In this document: positions 54,011 to 63,659 of the stretch, in pieces | How positions within the stretch are numbered: the first letter of the stretch is position 1 | Layout: each line of letters starts with the position of its first letter | Source: an uncultured bacterium | Lineage (GTDB): Bacteria > Patescibacteriota > Minisyncoccia > UBA6257 > 2-01-FULL-56-20 | DNA length: 64,000 nt | NCBI GenBank assembly: GCA_963705915.1 | Contig: OY970126.1 | Coordinates: 168,306 to 232,305, forward strand | Direction: 5' to 3' | Notes under the pieces: model-generated | Told to the model about the DNA's origin: nothing | Database searches by the model: none | Seen by the model: only the letters and a program-made list of their open reading frames with translations | Position numbers and translations under genes: made by a program

Positions 54011-55122
54011 TGGCCAGCCATACTCCTCGGCGTGTCGCCCGGACGCCGGATTATTTTCTGATAGCCGTTATTTTTCTCCTCGTCGTATTCGGCCTCGCGA
54101 TGCTTGCGTCGGCATCGTCTGATCTTGGCAAGACACAATTCAATAACACCTACTACTATCTCGAGCATCAAATTTTATACGGGCTTTCGATCGGCATCGT
54201 CGGCTTCATCGTTACTTATGTTGTGCCGTTTTATACTTGGAAAAAGTTTGCTTTCATCTTTCTTTTGATCGGCGTGATGCTTCTCATAGCCGTTTTTACC
54301 CCGCTTGGTACAACCGCGCTTGGCGCAAGCCGTTGGCTCAAACTTGGGCCGCTGAGTTTCCAACCATCCGAGCTTATGAAGCTTCTTTTCATTATTTATC
54401 TTGCCGCATGGCTTTCAAACACCAAATTCAAGCGCTCGAATGATTTCCAGTCAGGCTTCGTGCCGTTTCTCCTTATTACAGCCCTGGTCGGTGGATTGCT
54501 TTTTCTCCAACCCGCAACAAGTACCGTGCTCATTTTGATGGGTGCCGGCCTTACCGTTTATTTTGTAAGTGGTGCTCCCTATAAATATATTATCGGTATC
54601 ATAGTGCTCGGTTGCGTCGTTGTTGCCGGACTTATTTATCTCACACCGTATCGACGGGCGCGGATCGTCGGCTATCTCGACACCAGCGCAAACACCCAGG
54701 GGCAAAATTATCAAGTGAATCAAGCCCTCATCGCTATCGGATCCGGTGGCCTTGCAGGCGTTGGTTACGGACAATCAGCAACGAAGACCAATTATCTTCC
54801 GACGCCGATCGATGACTCCATTTACGCCGTGACAGCCGAAGAGCTCGGATTCATCGGCGCTGCGATCCTTGCCATGCTTTTTGCATTGCTTGGCCTCAGG
54901 ATGTTTTGGCTCGCAAAGCGAATGGGCGACCAATTCGGACGGCTTCTTCTCGTTGGTTTCGGGATGGTTATCACGCTCCAAGCTTTTGTTAATATGGCCT
55001 CGATTTCCGGACTTATACCGCTCACGGGAGTGCCATTGCCGTTCGTGAGCTATGGCGGCACGGCTCTCGCAATCTCGCTCACGATGATGGGTGTTTCTGT
55101 GAATGTTACAAAATATCGATAA
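54010..55122 (+). CDS. ftsW: SEDS-family peptidoglycan glycosyltransferase FtsW
   Basis: Ten-transmembrane FtsW/RodA family (…GASRWLKLGPLSFQPSELMKL…PLPFVSYGGTA), directly upstream of murG. Confidence 0.8.
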   Translation: MASHTPRRVARTPDYFLIAVIFLLVVFGLAMLASASSDLGKTQFNNTYYYLEHQILYGLSIGIVGFIVTYVVPFYTWKKFAFIFLLIGVMLLIAVFTPLGTTALGASRWLKLGPLSFQPSELMKLLFIIYLAAWLSNTKFKRSNDFQSGFVPFLLITALVGGLLFLQPATSTVLILMGAGLTVYFVSGAPYKYIIGIIVLGCVVVAGLIYLTPYRRARIVGYLDTSANTQGQNYQVNQALIAIGSGGLAGVGYGQSATKTNYLPTPIDDSIYAVTAEELGFIGAAILAMLFALLGLRMFWLAKRMGDQFGRLLLVGFGMVITLQAFVNMASISGLIPLTGVPLPFVSYGGTALAISLTMMGVSVNVTKYR

Positions 55123-55142
55123 TAAAAAGATACAATATAACC

Positions 55143-56309
55143 ATGGCTCGAGCACAAGAAGGTTTTAGCGTAGTACTCGCTGGTGGCGGGAGTGGGGGGC
55201 ACATTTATCCGCTTTTTGCCGTCGCCGATGCCCTCAAGAAAAAAATGCAAGCCCTCGGCGGGACGACGGAATTTACCTACATCGGCCCGCACGACGCCTA
55301 CGCCCCACTCTTTACGGCGCGCAATATTCCGATCCGACCGATTGTCGCAGGCAAGATCCGCCGTTACTTTTCCTTCGACAACATTTTAGACATTCCAAAA
55401 TTTTTTATTGGCACGATCCAGGCGTTATGGCAGATGTATCTTGTTATGCCTGATGCTGTTTTTTCAAAAGGCGGGCCTGGCGCGTTTCCGGTGGTTCTCG
55501 CTGCATGGTTCTATCGAATTCCTGTCGCGATCCACGAGTCTGACGCGCAGCCAGGACTCAACAATCTCGCATCAGCGCGTTTTGCACGAAAAATTTTTGT
55601 GAGCTTTGCCCGTGCGGCACAATTTTTCAGCGCATCACAAACAACCGTGAGCGGCGCCCCGATTCGTGACGAACTTATACGGAGCAAGTCCACGAAAGAA
55701 GCGGCGAAGGAATCGCTCGGTTTTAAACCTGGCGAGCCTTTAACCCTCATCATCGGCGGTTCACAAGGTTCTATCCGCATTAATGAGTTTATCGTGGCAA
55801 ACCTTGCTGAGATTTTAAAGATCACACAGGTACTCCATCAAACCGGTATAGCAAACTTTGACGAGGTCAAAAAACTATCAAACGCAGCGCTTGCGGGTCA
55901 ATCCGCAGAAGACTTGGTTCGCTATAAAGCCATCAATTACTTCACGGGATCCGAGCCGAACGGAGCCGATAGCCTTCAGATTGCTTTTGCCGCAGCCGAT
56001 CTCGTTGTTATGCGTCCGGGCGGCACCATATTCGAAGTTGCAGCATTCGGTATTCCTGCCATCCTCATACCGATTATGGAGTCAGCGAATGACCACCAGC
56101 GAATCAACGCCTATGAATTTGCGGATGCCGGCGGCGGCGTGGTGATTGAAGAAAACAACTTGTTACCGGGAATATTTCTCTCGCAAATCAAAACCGTGTT
56201 TACAAATACTGACACGTACGCGAAAATGGCAGCTGCATCGGCCAAATTTTTCATCCCCGGAGCTGCGGAAACCATCGCAGACGGCATTATTGCCATGGTC
56301 GTACGGTGA
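55143..56309 (+). CDS. murG: Undecaprenyldiphospho-muramoylpentapeptide beta-N-acetylglucosaminyltransferase
   Basis: VVLAGGGSGGHIYPLFAVADAL and the GT28 C-terminal domain. Confidence 0.85.
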   Translation: MARAQEGFSVVLAGGGSGGHIYPLFAVADALKKKMQALGGTTEFTYIGPHDAYAPLFTARNIPIRPIVAGKIRRYFSFDNILDIPKFFIGTIQALWQMYLVMPDAVFSKGGPGAFPVVLAAWFYRIPVAIHESDAQPGLNNLASARFARKIFVSFARAAQFFSASQTTVSGAPIRDELIRSKSTKEAAKESLGFKPGEPLTLIIGGSQGSIRINEFIVANLAEILKITQVLHQTGIANFDEVKKLSNAALAGQSAEDLVRYKAINYFTGSEPNGADSLQIAFAAADLVVMRPGGTIFEVAAFGIPAILIPIMESANDHQRINAYEFADAGGGVVIEENNLLPGIFLSQIKTVFTNTDTYAKMAAASAKFFIPGAAETIADGIIAMVVR

Positions 56310-56370
56310 TTGAAGCTTTACATTTTAGTAGTGGAATTTTATATTGTAGGCAGGCATTGAAACGTACATC

Positions 56371-56697
56371 ATGATAGGGGAGGGCTGGCAGCCTATGCTG
56401 AAGGGTTCGATAAGTTTGACGGGGGAAGAGGGCAGTCTGCAGTTTGCGATGAGGTTTATTCAGTCCGCGGTCGAAGATCTCAAGAGTAACCAACCAGAGC
56501 TTCAGGCCACGGCAGCCGTTTTCGTTTTCAGTGATTCAACCGTGAGCGATCTCGGCGACCTCAGAACTTTTGCCGGGCATTGTGCTCATTACAAACTTGA
56601 TCCTGATTATGTCGCCAAACAGATTTGGATGAAGCTGTCGAAAACAAAGAAAAAGCAGGCCATGGAATTCCTTCGGCAGGCCGGCTACGTAAAATGA
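56371..56697 (+). CDS. hypothetical protein
   Basis: 108 aa, followed by a terminator hairpin at 56708-56740. Confidence 0.3.
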   Translation: MIGEGWQPMLKGSISLTGEEGSLQFAMRFIQSAVEDLKSNQPELQATAAVFVFSDSTVSDLGDLRTFAGHCAHYKLDPDYVAKQIWMKLSKTKKKQAMEFLRQAGYVK

Positions 56698-56707
56698 ACG
56701 ACCATTA

Positions 56708-56740
56708 ACCCCGCACGCTTTGCGCGGGGTTCGCTTTATT
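56708..56740 (+). terminator. Bidirectional terminator hairpin
   Basis: CCCCGC-acgctttg-GCGGGG followed by a T-rich run. Confidence 0.4.
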
Positions 56741-57245
56741 TATAGACGCACAAATTTGTAACGATAGGGCTCACAACCAGATAGAGCTGCCAGAGGAATA
56801 AACCGACAAAAATGACATAGGCTGCCGTTCGAATCGTCCTCTCGTAGCGAAATTTCTCGCCGTGCACTTTTTCGTAGCGCGCCTTTAAGATTCCCCAAAG
56901 CGATTGAAGAAAGATAAATCCAATATAGAGAATGCCAACGGTGAAAAGACTTTTGAGTGCCGCATCGTTCTGCGCCAATCGGTTTGGTACATCACAGTAT
57001 GCCTGCGCGAGAAAGATGAGAAGCGATAGTTCTGCGGCGACGACAAAAAGCGCTTTGATCACTGCCATGCCGGCGATTAAGGCAACCACGGCAAGGAGTG
57101 CCGTAAAGAGCAGTCCCAGCACAATCCAAAGACTTCCAACGATTGTGGCATTCGTCACAAAAAGAACGATCACATAAAGCACAGAAATTACGATCGCGAG
57201 ATAGGGGAGTTGTTTTTTGAAGCCTGACGAATCAGGTTGAGGCAT
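56736..57245 (-). CDS. hypothetical polytopic membrane protein
   Basis: 169 aa with about 5 transmembrane helices. Confidence 0.4.
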   Translation of the reverse strand: MPQPDSSGFKKQLPYLAIVISVLYVIVLFVTNATIVGSLWIVLGLLFTALLAVVALIAGMAVIKALFVVAAELSLLIFLAQAYCDVPNRLAQNDAALKSLFTVGILYIGFIFLQSLWGILKARYEKVHGEKFRYERTIRTAAYVIFVGLFLWQLYLVVSPIVTNLCVYK

Positions 57246-57274
57246 ACCTCTATTCTAAGCTACAATGAGTTATT

Positions 57275-58702
57275 ATGGCAGACGCTACAGATCGACCGGT
57301 TCGCGTCCGTATAGCGCCAAGCCCCACGGGCTCGCTCCATTTTGGCACCGCAAGGACGGCGCTCTTCAACTGGCTTTTTGCGAAGAAAAATGACGGTGTT
57401 TTTGTGTTGCGCATCGAAGATACCGACAAGGAACGATCGGAAAAAAAATATGAAGACGAAATCCTCGACGGTTTGAAGTGGCTCGGTCTTCTCTGGGATG
57501 AAGGTCCGTATCGTCAGAGTGAGCGAACCGCAATCTATAAGAAATATTTGGAAAAATTGCTCGCTGACGGACATGCCTATTATTGCTATTGCACAAAAGA
57601 AGATTTGGAAGCGCAGCGTCAAGCGATGCTCGATGCTGGCCTCGCACCAAAATACAGCGGCCACTGCCGGAATCTCAAAGAACCCCCGAACGATAAAAAG
57701 GCGGAAGTCATTCGTTTTAAAATTCCGGAAGTGAAAGTTGAGTTTAAAGACCTTGTCCGCGGCAAGGTGACATTCGACGCGGCGCTGTTTGGTGATCAGG
57801 TGATTGCAAAAAACCTCGATACGCCGCTCTATAACTTTGCCGTCGTGGTGGATGATGAACTTATGGAAATCAGCCACGTGATTCGCGGCGAGGATCATCT
57901 CTCAAATACGCCAAAGCAGATCCTCTTTCTGCGTGCACTTGGATTTAAAGAGCCAATATACGCCCACATCCCGCTCATTTTAAATCCCGACCGGAGTAAG
58001 ATGTCGAAACGCTTCGCCGATACCGCACTCCTCGAGTATCGCAACAAAGGTTATCTGCCAAGCGCCATCGTGAATTTTATGGCACTCCTCGGCTGGCACC
58101 CTAAAGACGACAAAGAAGTGCTCACCGCCGATGAAATCATTAAAGGATTCGATATGAGTCGCGTGCAGCAATCGGGGGCAATTTTTAACGAAGAAAAGTT
58201 AAATTATTTAAATCGCGAGCATATAAAGAAATTGAGCGAAAAAGAGATCGCGGATTTACTGGCACCCTTTATTGAGGCCGAGGCAGGGGAGGGGGCTAAG
58301 GAGTTGGACGAAAAAATGCTTAAGAATATTATCGCCGTCGAGCGGACGCGCGCAGTCACGCTGAAAGATTTTGTGACGGGAGGAAAATTCTTTCTTCACC
58401 TGCCTGATTACGAACCGAGTTTGTTGATTTGGAAGAACGTCTCGCAAAAAGATGTTGCCGCAACGCTCAAGGACGTCAAACGGGCACTTGAGGCCGTTGA
58501 ATCCGCTGAATTCAATAGAGAGTTTTTTACCCAAGCCCTCGCAGGCGTGATTGCGCAGGCGGGAAATAGGGGAACGGTACTCTGGCCGTTGCGGGTCGCC
58601 CTTTCCGGCCAGTCGGCGTCCCCCGACCCTTTTGACATTATGGAAATACTTGGCAAAGAAGAATCTCTGGCTCGTATCACGATCGCGATCAAGAAGTTGT
58701 AG
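57275..58702 (+). CDS. gltX: Glutamyl-tRNA synthetase
   Basis: RIAPSPTGSLHFGTAR (HIGH region) and KMSKR. Confidence 0.85.
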   Translation: MADATDRPVRVRIAPSPTGSLHFGTARTALFNWLFAKKNDGVFVLRIEDTDKERSEKKYEDEILDGLKWLGLLWDEGPYRQSERTAIYKKYLEKLLADGHAYYCYCTKEDLEAQRQAMLDAGLAPKYSGHCRNLKEPPNDKKAEVIRFKIPEVKVEFKDLVRGKVTFDAALFGDQVIAKNLDTPLYNFAVVVDDELMEISHVIRGEDHLSNTPKQILFLRALGFKEPIYAHIPLILNPDRSKMSKRFADTALLEYRNKGYLPSAIVNFMALLGWHPKDDKEVLTADEIIKGFDMSRVQQSGAIFNEEKLNYLNREHIKKLSEKEIADLLAPFIEAEAGEGAKELDEKMLKNIIAVERTRAVTLKDFVTGGKFFLHLPDYEPSLLIWKNVSQKDVAATLKDVKRALEAVESAEFNREFFTQALAGVIAQAGNRGTVLWPLRVALSGQSASPDPFDIMEILGKEESLARITIAIKKL

Positions 58703-58726
58703 ATTGGCGAGTGATATAATGAAAGA

Positions 58727-59164
58727 GTGAAACTAAAAGCGCTCGCGTTTATCTTCCTCCTCGGACTATTTGCAACGGCGCCTGTGTACGCCTATTCAAC
58801 CGACCAGTATGGCAGCGGTTCGGTGCCACTGCCATACACCGGGACGTCGTCCTTCAATTTTGACTTTAGCAGTTCGTTCCAAAACCTTTTGACGCCCTTT
58901 GCGGCCTTTTTTAATAATCTTTCAAACTCCATAGGTAACCAGCCGGTAGTTGGCCCGGCAAACACTGGCCAGCCATCAATGCCGACGTTAAACCTCCAAA
59001 ATATCAATTTCCAAAATGGCCCGCAGGAACTCGACCAATGGTTTTCAAGTATTACGCATTTAAATTTTTCAGAGATCATGACGGCGCTATTAACCGGCAT
59101 CCTGTGGGTACTTGGTCTTACGCAACAATTTATTCAATGGTTATTGGGGTTCGTACGGAAGTAG
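58727..59164 (+). CDS. hypothetical secreted/membrane protein
   Basis: Signal peptide MKLKALAFIFLLGLFATAPVYA and a C-terminal hydrophobic helix. Confidence 0.35.
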   Translation: MKLKALAFIFLLGLFATAPVYAYSTDQYGSGSVPLPYTGTSSFNFDFSSSFQNLLTPFAAFFNNLSNSIGNQPVVGPANTGQPSMPTLNLQNINFQNGPQELDQWFSSITHLNFSEIMTALLTGILWVLGLTQQFIQWLLGFVRK

Positions 59165-59294
59165 ACCTGTAAGCCTTGTAAAGCTCATTATCTGGCGTAA
59201 AATATATCTTGTGCGACAGATATAGTTTTGTGAAAGGCTCTATTCCCTTCAGCAATGTGGCAACCATCTATTAAAAGATTTTAAAAAATAAAAA

Positions 59295-59320
59295 TCCCGC
59301 AGAGATAAAAACCTCTGCGG
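59295..59320 (-). terminator. Rho-independent terminator of pyrC
   Basis: CCCGCAGAG-ataaaaac-CTCTGCGGG (9-bp stem), followed on the minus strand by ATTTTTATTTTTT. Confidence 0.55.
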
Positions 59321-59336
59321 GTCAAACTGGTTGAAC

Positions 59337-60479
59337 TTAATCAGCTTCGATTTGCCACTCAAGCTTTTCGCCAAACCTGAACGGGACAATCGAGTCATCT
59401 AGTCCAGGCACCGGATACGCCTGCGGCACGATCCAGGTTTTTTTGACGAATGTTATCCGGTCTTCCCTCTTCTTGTAGCCATAGAACATTCGTCCATGGT
59501 CCGACATGAACGGCTCGAGAAGATCAAGACGTCCATGTTCCTCAAAAAAAGAAATGAGGAATGGAATTGCGACGGGCCGGTTAAAAACCCCGCATGCGTG
59601 TCGCGCCTGTTCTTTGGCGCCGTGGCGAAGGTGCGAAGCGTCGTCTGTGCCGCAGACAAAGCGTGAGTCGCCCGAAAGGACGGCTTCCTGAAGCACTTCG
59701 CGATCCCGCTTCCATTTTGCTTGCGGCTTGCAGCCTTCATGGATGCACATCAGGCCTCGACTTCGTTCGCTGTAACCGAGGACGTCATCTATGGTTAGGA
59801 ACAAGTGATGAGGCGTGATCGTTGCGATAACGCGCCCGTCATTTTGTTCTCTAACCCACTCAATCATATCTTCGGAGCTTGCATGCTCCGCGGAAATCTT
59901 GAGTTTGGGAAAACGCGATCGGACTTCGTTCAAGGTCTTAATGAAAGCACCTTCTTTGAGGAGCCCCTCGACTTCGACGTCGGGCGATTCGGGGTGAAAC
60001 TGGACAACTGCTCCCCCTTTCTCGAGGACCTCCAGTGCTGGGTACAGCTTGGTGTAGTCCTTCACGCCGTACGCTGAATGCGAACCCGTCGTCACAGAGA
60101 AAGGATAGACCTTGAAAACGTTGATGTCCCGAAGGATGGCTTTAGTCACCATCTCTTCAGTCGTTGCTTCCGTGAGTTGCATGATAGGCACGAAGTCCAG
60201 CTTCTCCCCGCCCGACAAATTCTCAGCAACTTCCATAACCTCTCCAAGGTACGACACCACCTCATCCGCGGTGAGTCTCGGCGGGTTCGTATTCGGTTCA
60301 AGCGCGACACGTCCTCGCCAGCCGGTATCGATAAGCATTTCGACGAGAAATGGCATAAGGGGTTTTTGTCGCAAATGGGCATGCCAGTCGTCTGGTACGC
60401 GTATCGTAATCCGTTCAGATGTCATATGCACAGGCATCTCTCCTTTTGATGCTGGTTTTGTGTCTCGAGATAGTTGCAC
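59337..60479 (-). CDS. pyrC: Dihydroorotase, type II (E. coli PyrC-like)
   Basis: ITIRVPDDWHAHLRQ, KVYPFSVTTGSHSAYGVKDY, ATITPHHLFL and FVCGTDDASHLRH, all collinear with E. coli PyrC. Confidence 0.8.
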   Translation of the reverse strand: MQLSRDTKPASKGEMPVHMTSERITIRVPDDWHAHLRQKPLMPFLVEMLIDTGWRGRVALEPNTNPPRLTADEVVSYLGEVMEVAENLSGGEKLDFVPIMQLTEATTEEMVTKAILRDINVFKVYPFSVTTGSHSAYGVKDYTKLYPALEVLEKGGAVVQFHPESPDVEVEGLLKEGAFIKTLNEVRSRFPKLKISAEHASSEDMIEWVREQNDGRVIATITPHHLFLTIDDVLGYSERSRGLMCIHEGCKPQAKWKRDREVLQEAVLSGDSRFVCGTDDASHLRHGAKEQARHACGVFNRPVAIPFLISFFEEHGRLDLLEPFMSDHGRMFYGYKKREDRITFVKKTWIVPQAYPVPGLDDSIVPFRFGEKLEWQIEAD

Positions 60480-61336
60480 ACGTATTGGGTCGGCAATACC
60501 GGCCCGAACGGCACCTTGAGATGGATCGCGCCGAAGGATATTGCGTCGGCGTGAAGGGTGTCGAGCAGGTATAGAACATCGGGATAGTCCCAGACACTTG
60601 GTCCGATGACCGGCATTCTGGGCACACGCTGCTTGAGCAGCTTAACTGCATTCCAGTTGTGGTGCTGGGCTGCTTTTCCTGAAACGCCCCCGCCTCCCGG
60701 ACCTGGAAGGCCGGCAAGAGGACTTGGTTTGTCCGCGCACGCTATATCCCACGGAACACTATTTAGCGATATGGCCTCGACAACGTCCAACGTTTCTTCT
60801 GCGATGGCGAGGTAATTCTGTTTGACGGAAAGTTTTAGGATGAGCGGATGATCGGTCACGCATTTGATATTTTTGACCGTCCGCACGATCGCATCAACTT
60901 CATCTGATGCGTGGTCGGTATTTGGGCACGAGACATTTAGTTCGTACGCCGCGACTTTGAGATGATTTGACTTGAGCACCATGGTCAGAAGTTCGGCCTG
61001 TGATCCAAAGAGTGACGGCACAAAGTTCATCTTGTCGAAGTTGATGCGGGGTACAATCTTTTTCATCCACACATCAAAGCCGGGATTTGTGAGGCCGACC
61101 TTGTTTACAACCCCGTCTTTGATCCAACGAACACAGCCCCACGGTTTTGACCAGTGGAGGTTCCCCTTCAGCGGGTTGAAGGTGATGCTCTTTCCAACGA
61201 TAGTGAAAAGGGTTGGGTCAATGAGGCCAAGCCATATGAATGGCCGATCCCATAGCCATCCCCGCCCATCGAATCCGAGTGCGCCACTTGCGACGACAAA
61301 TTCCAGTTTGTGGCCGTTTGAAAGCGTTATTGGCAT
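60422..61336 (-). CDS. pyrD: Dihydroorotate dehydrogenase-like (class 1 fold)
   Basis: FVVASGALGFDGRG, VGKSITFNPLKGN, VNKVGLTNPG, ELNVSCPNT and GGGVSGKA. Overlaps pyrC by 58 nt. Confidence 0.7.
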   Translation of the reverse strand: MPITLSNGHKLEFVVASGALGFDGRGWLWDRPFIWLGLIDPTLFTIVGKSITFNPLKGNLHWSKPWGCVRWIKDGVVNKVGLTNPGFDVWMKKIVPRINFDKMNFVPSLFGSQAELLTMVLKSNHLKVAAYELNVSCPNTDHASDEVDAIVRTVKNIKCVTDHPLILKLSVKQNYLAIAEETLDVVEAISLNSVPWDIACADKPSPLAGLPGPGGGGVSGKAAQHHNWNAVKLLKQRVPRMPVIGPSVWDYPDVLYLLDTLHADAISFGAIHLKVPFGPVLPTQYVCNYLETQNQHQKERCLCI

Positions 61337-61441
61337 AACGACAAGCTCCTTTTCTTCTTTATTTACCTTTTAATGCTGTCTGTCCCCGATGGTAACGAAA
61401 AACATTGCACGGGTCAACAATCTCGCGTATCATCTTTCGGC

Positions 61442-62134
61442 ATGGCTAAACGCATAGGACTCATCGCTCTCGTCATCGTCGCGTTCGGCGTTTTTGATTA
61501 TTTTTGTGCGCAGCTGTCAAACTCTTTTGCTGCAACCACGAATGGACCCAGTCCTTCAGTTAGTGCCTCATCACCAAGTCTCTTTGATCTGCCAATCGGT
61601 CCAGGTTCGGGCGTTGGCGGTTTGTCGGCAGGCATATCGAATGGTTTGTCGCAAGTGGATTTCAGTTTATTTTCCCAAAATGGCAAAGGATGGAGTTATA
61701 TAACCCAGGGCTATGGCAAAACCCCCTACTCTTCTTGGTACGTAAACGGTTGGCATAACGGCGTGGATATCGGCGCAAATTACGGCGCACCAATTTATTC
61801 ACCTCGCGCGGGTACGGTGATCGCAACTGGCAATCAAGACAACTATTGTCCCGGTCGCGGATTCGGAAAGTTTGTCGCCGTGAGCGATCCGCAGGACAAC
61901 GTATTTTTGTGGTACGCCCACCTCGGCACTATAGACGTGAAGCCCGGAGAGGCTGTTTCACAAGGAACGGAACTTGCGACCATTGGCGATACCGGTTTGG
62001 AGACCGGACCGCATCTTCATTTTTCTGTATTTGAAGCGGCGGGTTTTTCGATCGAAGATAAAAATGGATGCGGACCGGATGCGAATGGCCACGACGTGAA
62101 TCCGATTCCCTATCTAGAAAAGTTTGGACAATAA
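61442..62134 (+). CDS. M23-family (LytM-like) peptidase
   Basis: GWHNGVDIGANYGAPIYSP..G.V...G...CPGRGFGKFVAV.......WYAHL......G..V..G..LATIGDTGLETGPHLHF. N-terminal transmembrane/signal segment. Confidence 0.8.
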   Translation: MAKRIGLIALVIVAFGVFDYFCAQLSNSFAATTNGPSPSVSASSPSLFDLPIGPGSGVGGLSAGISNGLSQVDFSLFSQNGKGWSYITQGYGKTPYSSWYVNGWHNGVDIGANYGAPIYSPRAGTVIATGNQDNYCPGRGFGKFVAVSDPQDNVFLWYAHLGTIDVKPGEAVSQGTELATIGDTGLETGPHLHFSVFEAAGFSIEDKNGCGPDANGHDVNPIPYLEKFGQ

Positions 62135-62154
62135 TTTAGCGTTATAATGAAGCT

Positions 62155-63570
62155 ATGAAAACTTCACGTCGCACAACGCACGCAGTGCATTTTGTTGGTA
62201 TCGGTGGCATCGGCATGAGCGCTCTCGCCCGTTACTTTTTGGCCCTTGGGAAGAAATCCAAGCAGGACCCAAAATGGCTTATTTCAGGATCGGACGCCGT
62301 CCAAAGCTCTATCACGAAAGAACTCACAAAAGAAGGCGTAGAGGTCAAAATTGGGCATAAAAAGGCCTATGTGAGCCCTGAAACGGGCCTCGTAATCTAT
62401 AATCGGGCAATTCCAAGGGATAACCCTGAGCTCCTTGAGGCCAAACGACTAAAGATTCCCATTGTCCCCTACGCTCGCGTCCTTGGAGAAATAACAAAAG
62501 GTCACATGTCGATTGCCATTACGGGATCCCACGGGAAGACCACGACGACTGGGCTCACGAGTTCACTGCTCATAAAAAATGATTTTGACCCAACAGTGTT
62601 TGTTGGATCGAAGCTCAAGGATCTTCATGGGCGGAATTTTCGTATTGGTAAAAGTCGCTACCTTGTGCTCGAAGCCGACGATTTCGGCGCAGCGTTTTTA
62701 GAGTATTCACCAAAAATCGCTATCGTAACGAACATCGATCACGAGCATCTGGATTTTTATAAGACGTTCAGCAACCTCAAGCATGCGTTTCTGAATTTTT
62801 TGATGAATCTTCAAGGCGGCGGCTTCATGATTCTCAACCGCGATGATAAAAATCTTTTCTCACTCCAGAAAAAGATCGCAGCCGTTGCCAAGAAGAAGCA
62901 TGCAAAGGTTGTTTGGTATTCGCTACGTGACCCAAAGCGGGCCGACGCCGTTCGGGATATTAAAAAAGTATTAAAAATAGTTGGCAGCCATAACATGTCG
63001 AATGCCCTCGCCGTCTATGAACTCGGGGTGTTATTAAAAATCCCTAAACAAAACATCCTTCGGGGGCTCGCTTCATATCATGGCGCATGGCGTCGGATGG
63101 AATATCGCGGCATGGTTATGCCGAAAGGGCGCGACGAAAGCAAGGGGGCTCTTATCTTCGACGACTACGCCCATCACCCGACAGAAATAAGAGCAACGCT
63201 CCAGGCATTTCGCGAACGATTTCCAAGATCTCTTCTTGTTTGTGTATTCCAGCCCCATCAGGCTAAGCGACTCCAAGCGCTCTTCCGGGAATTTCAAGAC
63301 GCCTTTACGCAAGCCGACAAGCTCGTATTGCTGCCAATCTATAAGGTGGCGGGTCGAGATGAAACTTCCCGATTTGATGCAAAAAGACTCGCTCACGCCA
63401 TCAAGCAAAGATATAAGAAGCAAGACGTCCGTTATATTCCCAACCCTCGAAACCTTATGTCGATTGTAAAAAATGTGGCCGCCTACCGCTCCCCCGCCCG
63501 ACCTGTCATTGTCATGATGGGCGCTGGCGACGTTGTGGCCATGACAGACAAGATCGTAACGTCGAAATAA
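62155..63570 (+). CDS. murC: UDP-N-acetylmuramate--L-alanine ligase
   Basis: VHFVGIGGIGMSALA and the Mur ligase P-loop ITGSHGKTTTT. Confidence 0.85.
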   Translation: MKTSRRTTHAVHFVGIGGIGMSALARYFLALGKKSKQDPKWLISGSDAVQSSITKELTKEGVEVKIGHKKAYVSPETGLVIYNRAIPRDNPELLEAKRLKIPIVPYARVLGEITKGHMSIAITGSHGKTTTTGLTSSLLIKNDFDPTVFVGSKLKDLHGRNFRIGKSRYLVLEADDFGAAFLEYSPKIAIVTNIDHEHLDFYKTFSNLKHAFLNFLMNLQGGGFMILNRDDKNLFSLQKKIAAVAKKKHAKVVWYSLRDPKRADAVRDIKKVLKIVGSHNMSNALAVYELGVLLKIPKQNILRGLASYHGAWRRMEYRGMVMPKGRDESKGALIFDDYAHHPTEIRATLQAFRERFPRSLLVCVFQPHQAKRLQALFREFQDAFTQADKLVLLPIYKVAGRDETSRFDAKRLAHAIKQRYKKQDVRYIPNPRNLMSIVKNVAAYRSPARPVIVMMGAGDVVAMTDKIVTSK

Positions 63571-63659
63571 TTTTTTCGTAAGCGACATGGTAACAACCAT
63601 TGATAGAATTCGTTTCTATGTTATAGAACATTCCTGATCCGAGCTCGGAGGTTTTCAGA

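Noticed and set aside
63073-63600. 175-aa antisense ORF within murC
   Set aside because: Opposite strand of a conserved Mur ligase gene, with no motifs.
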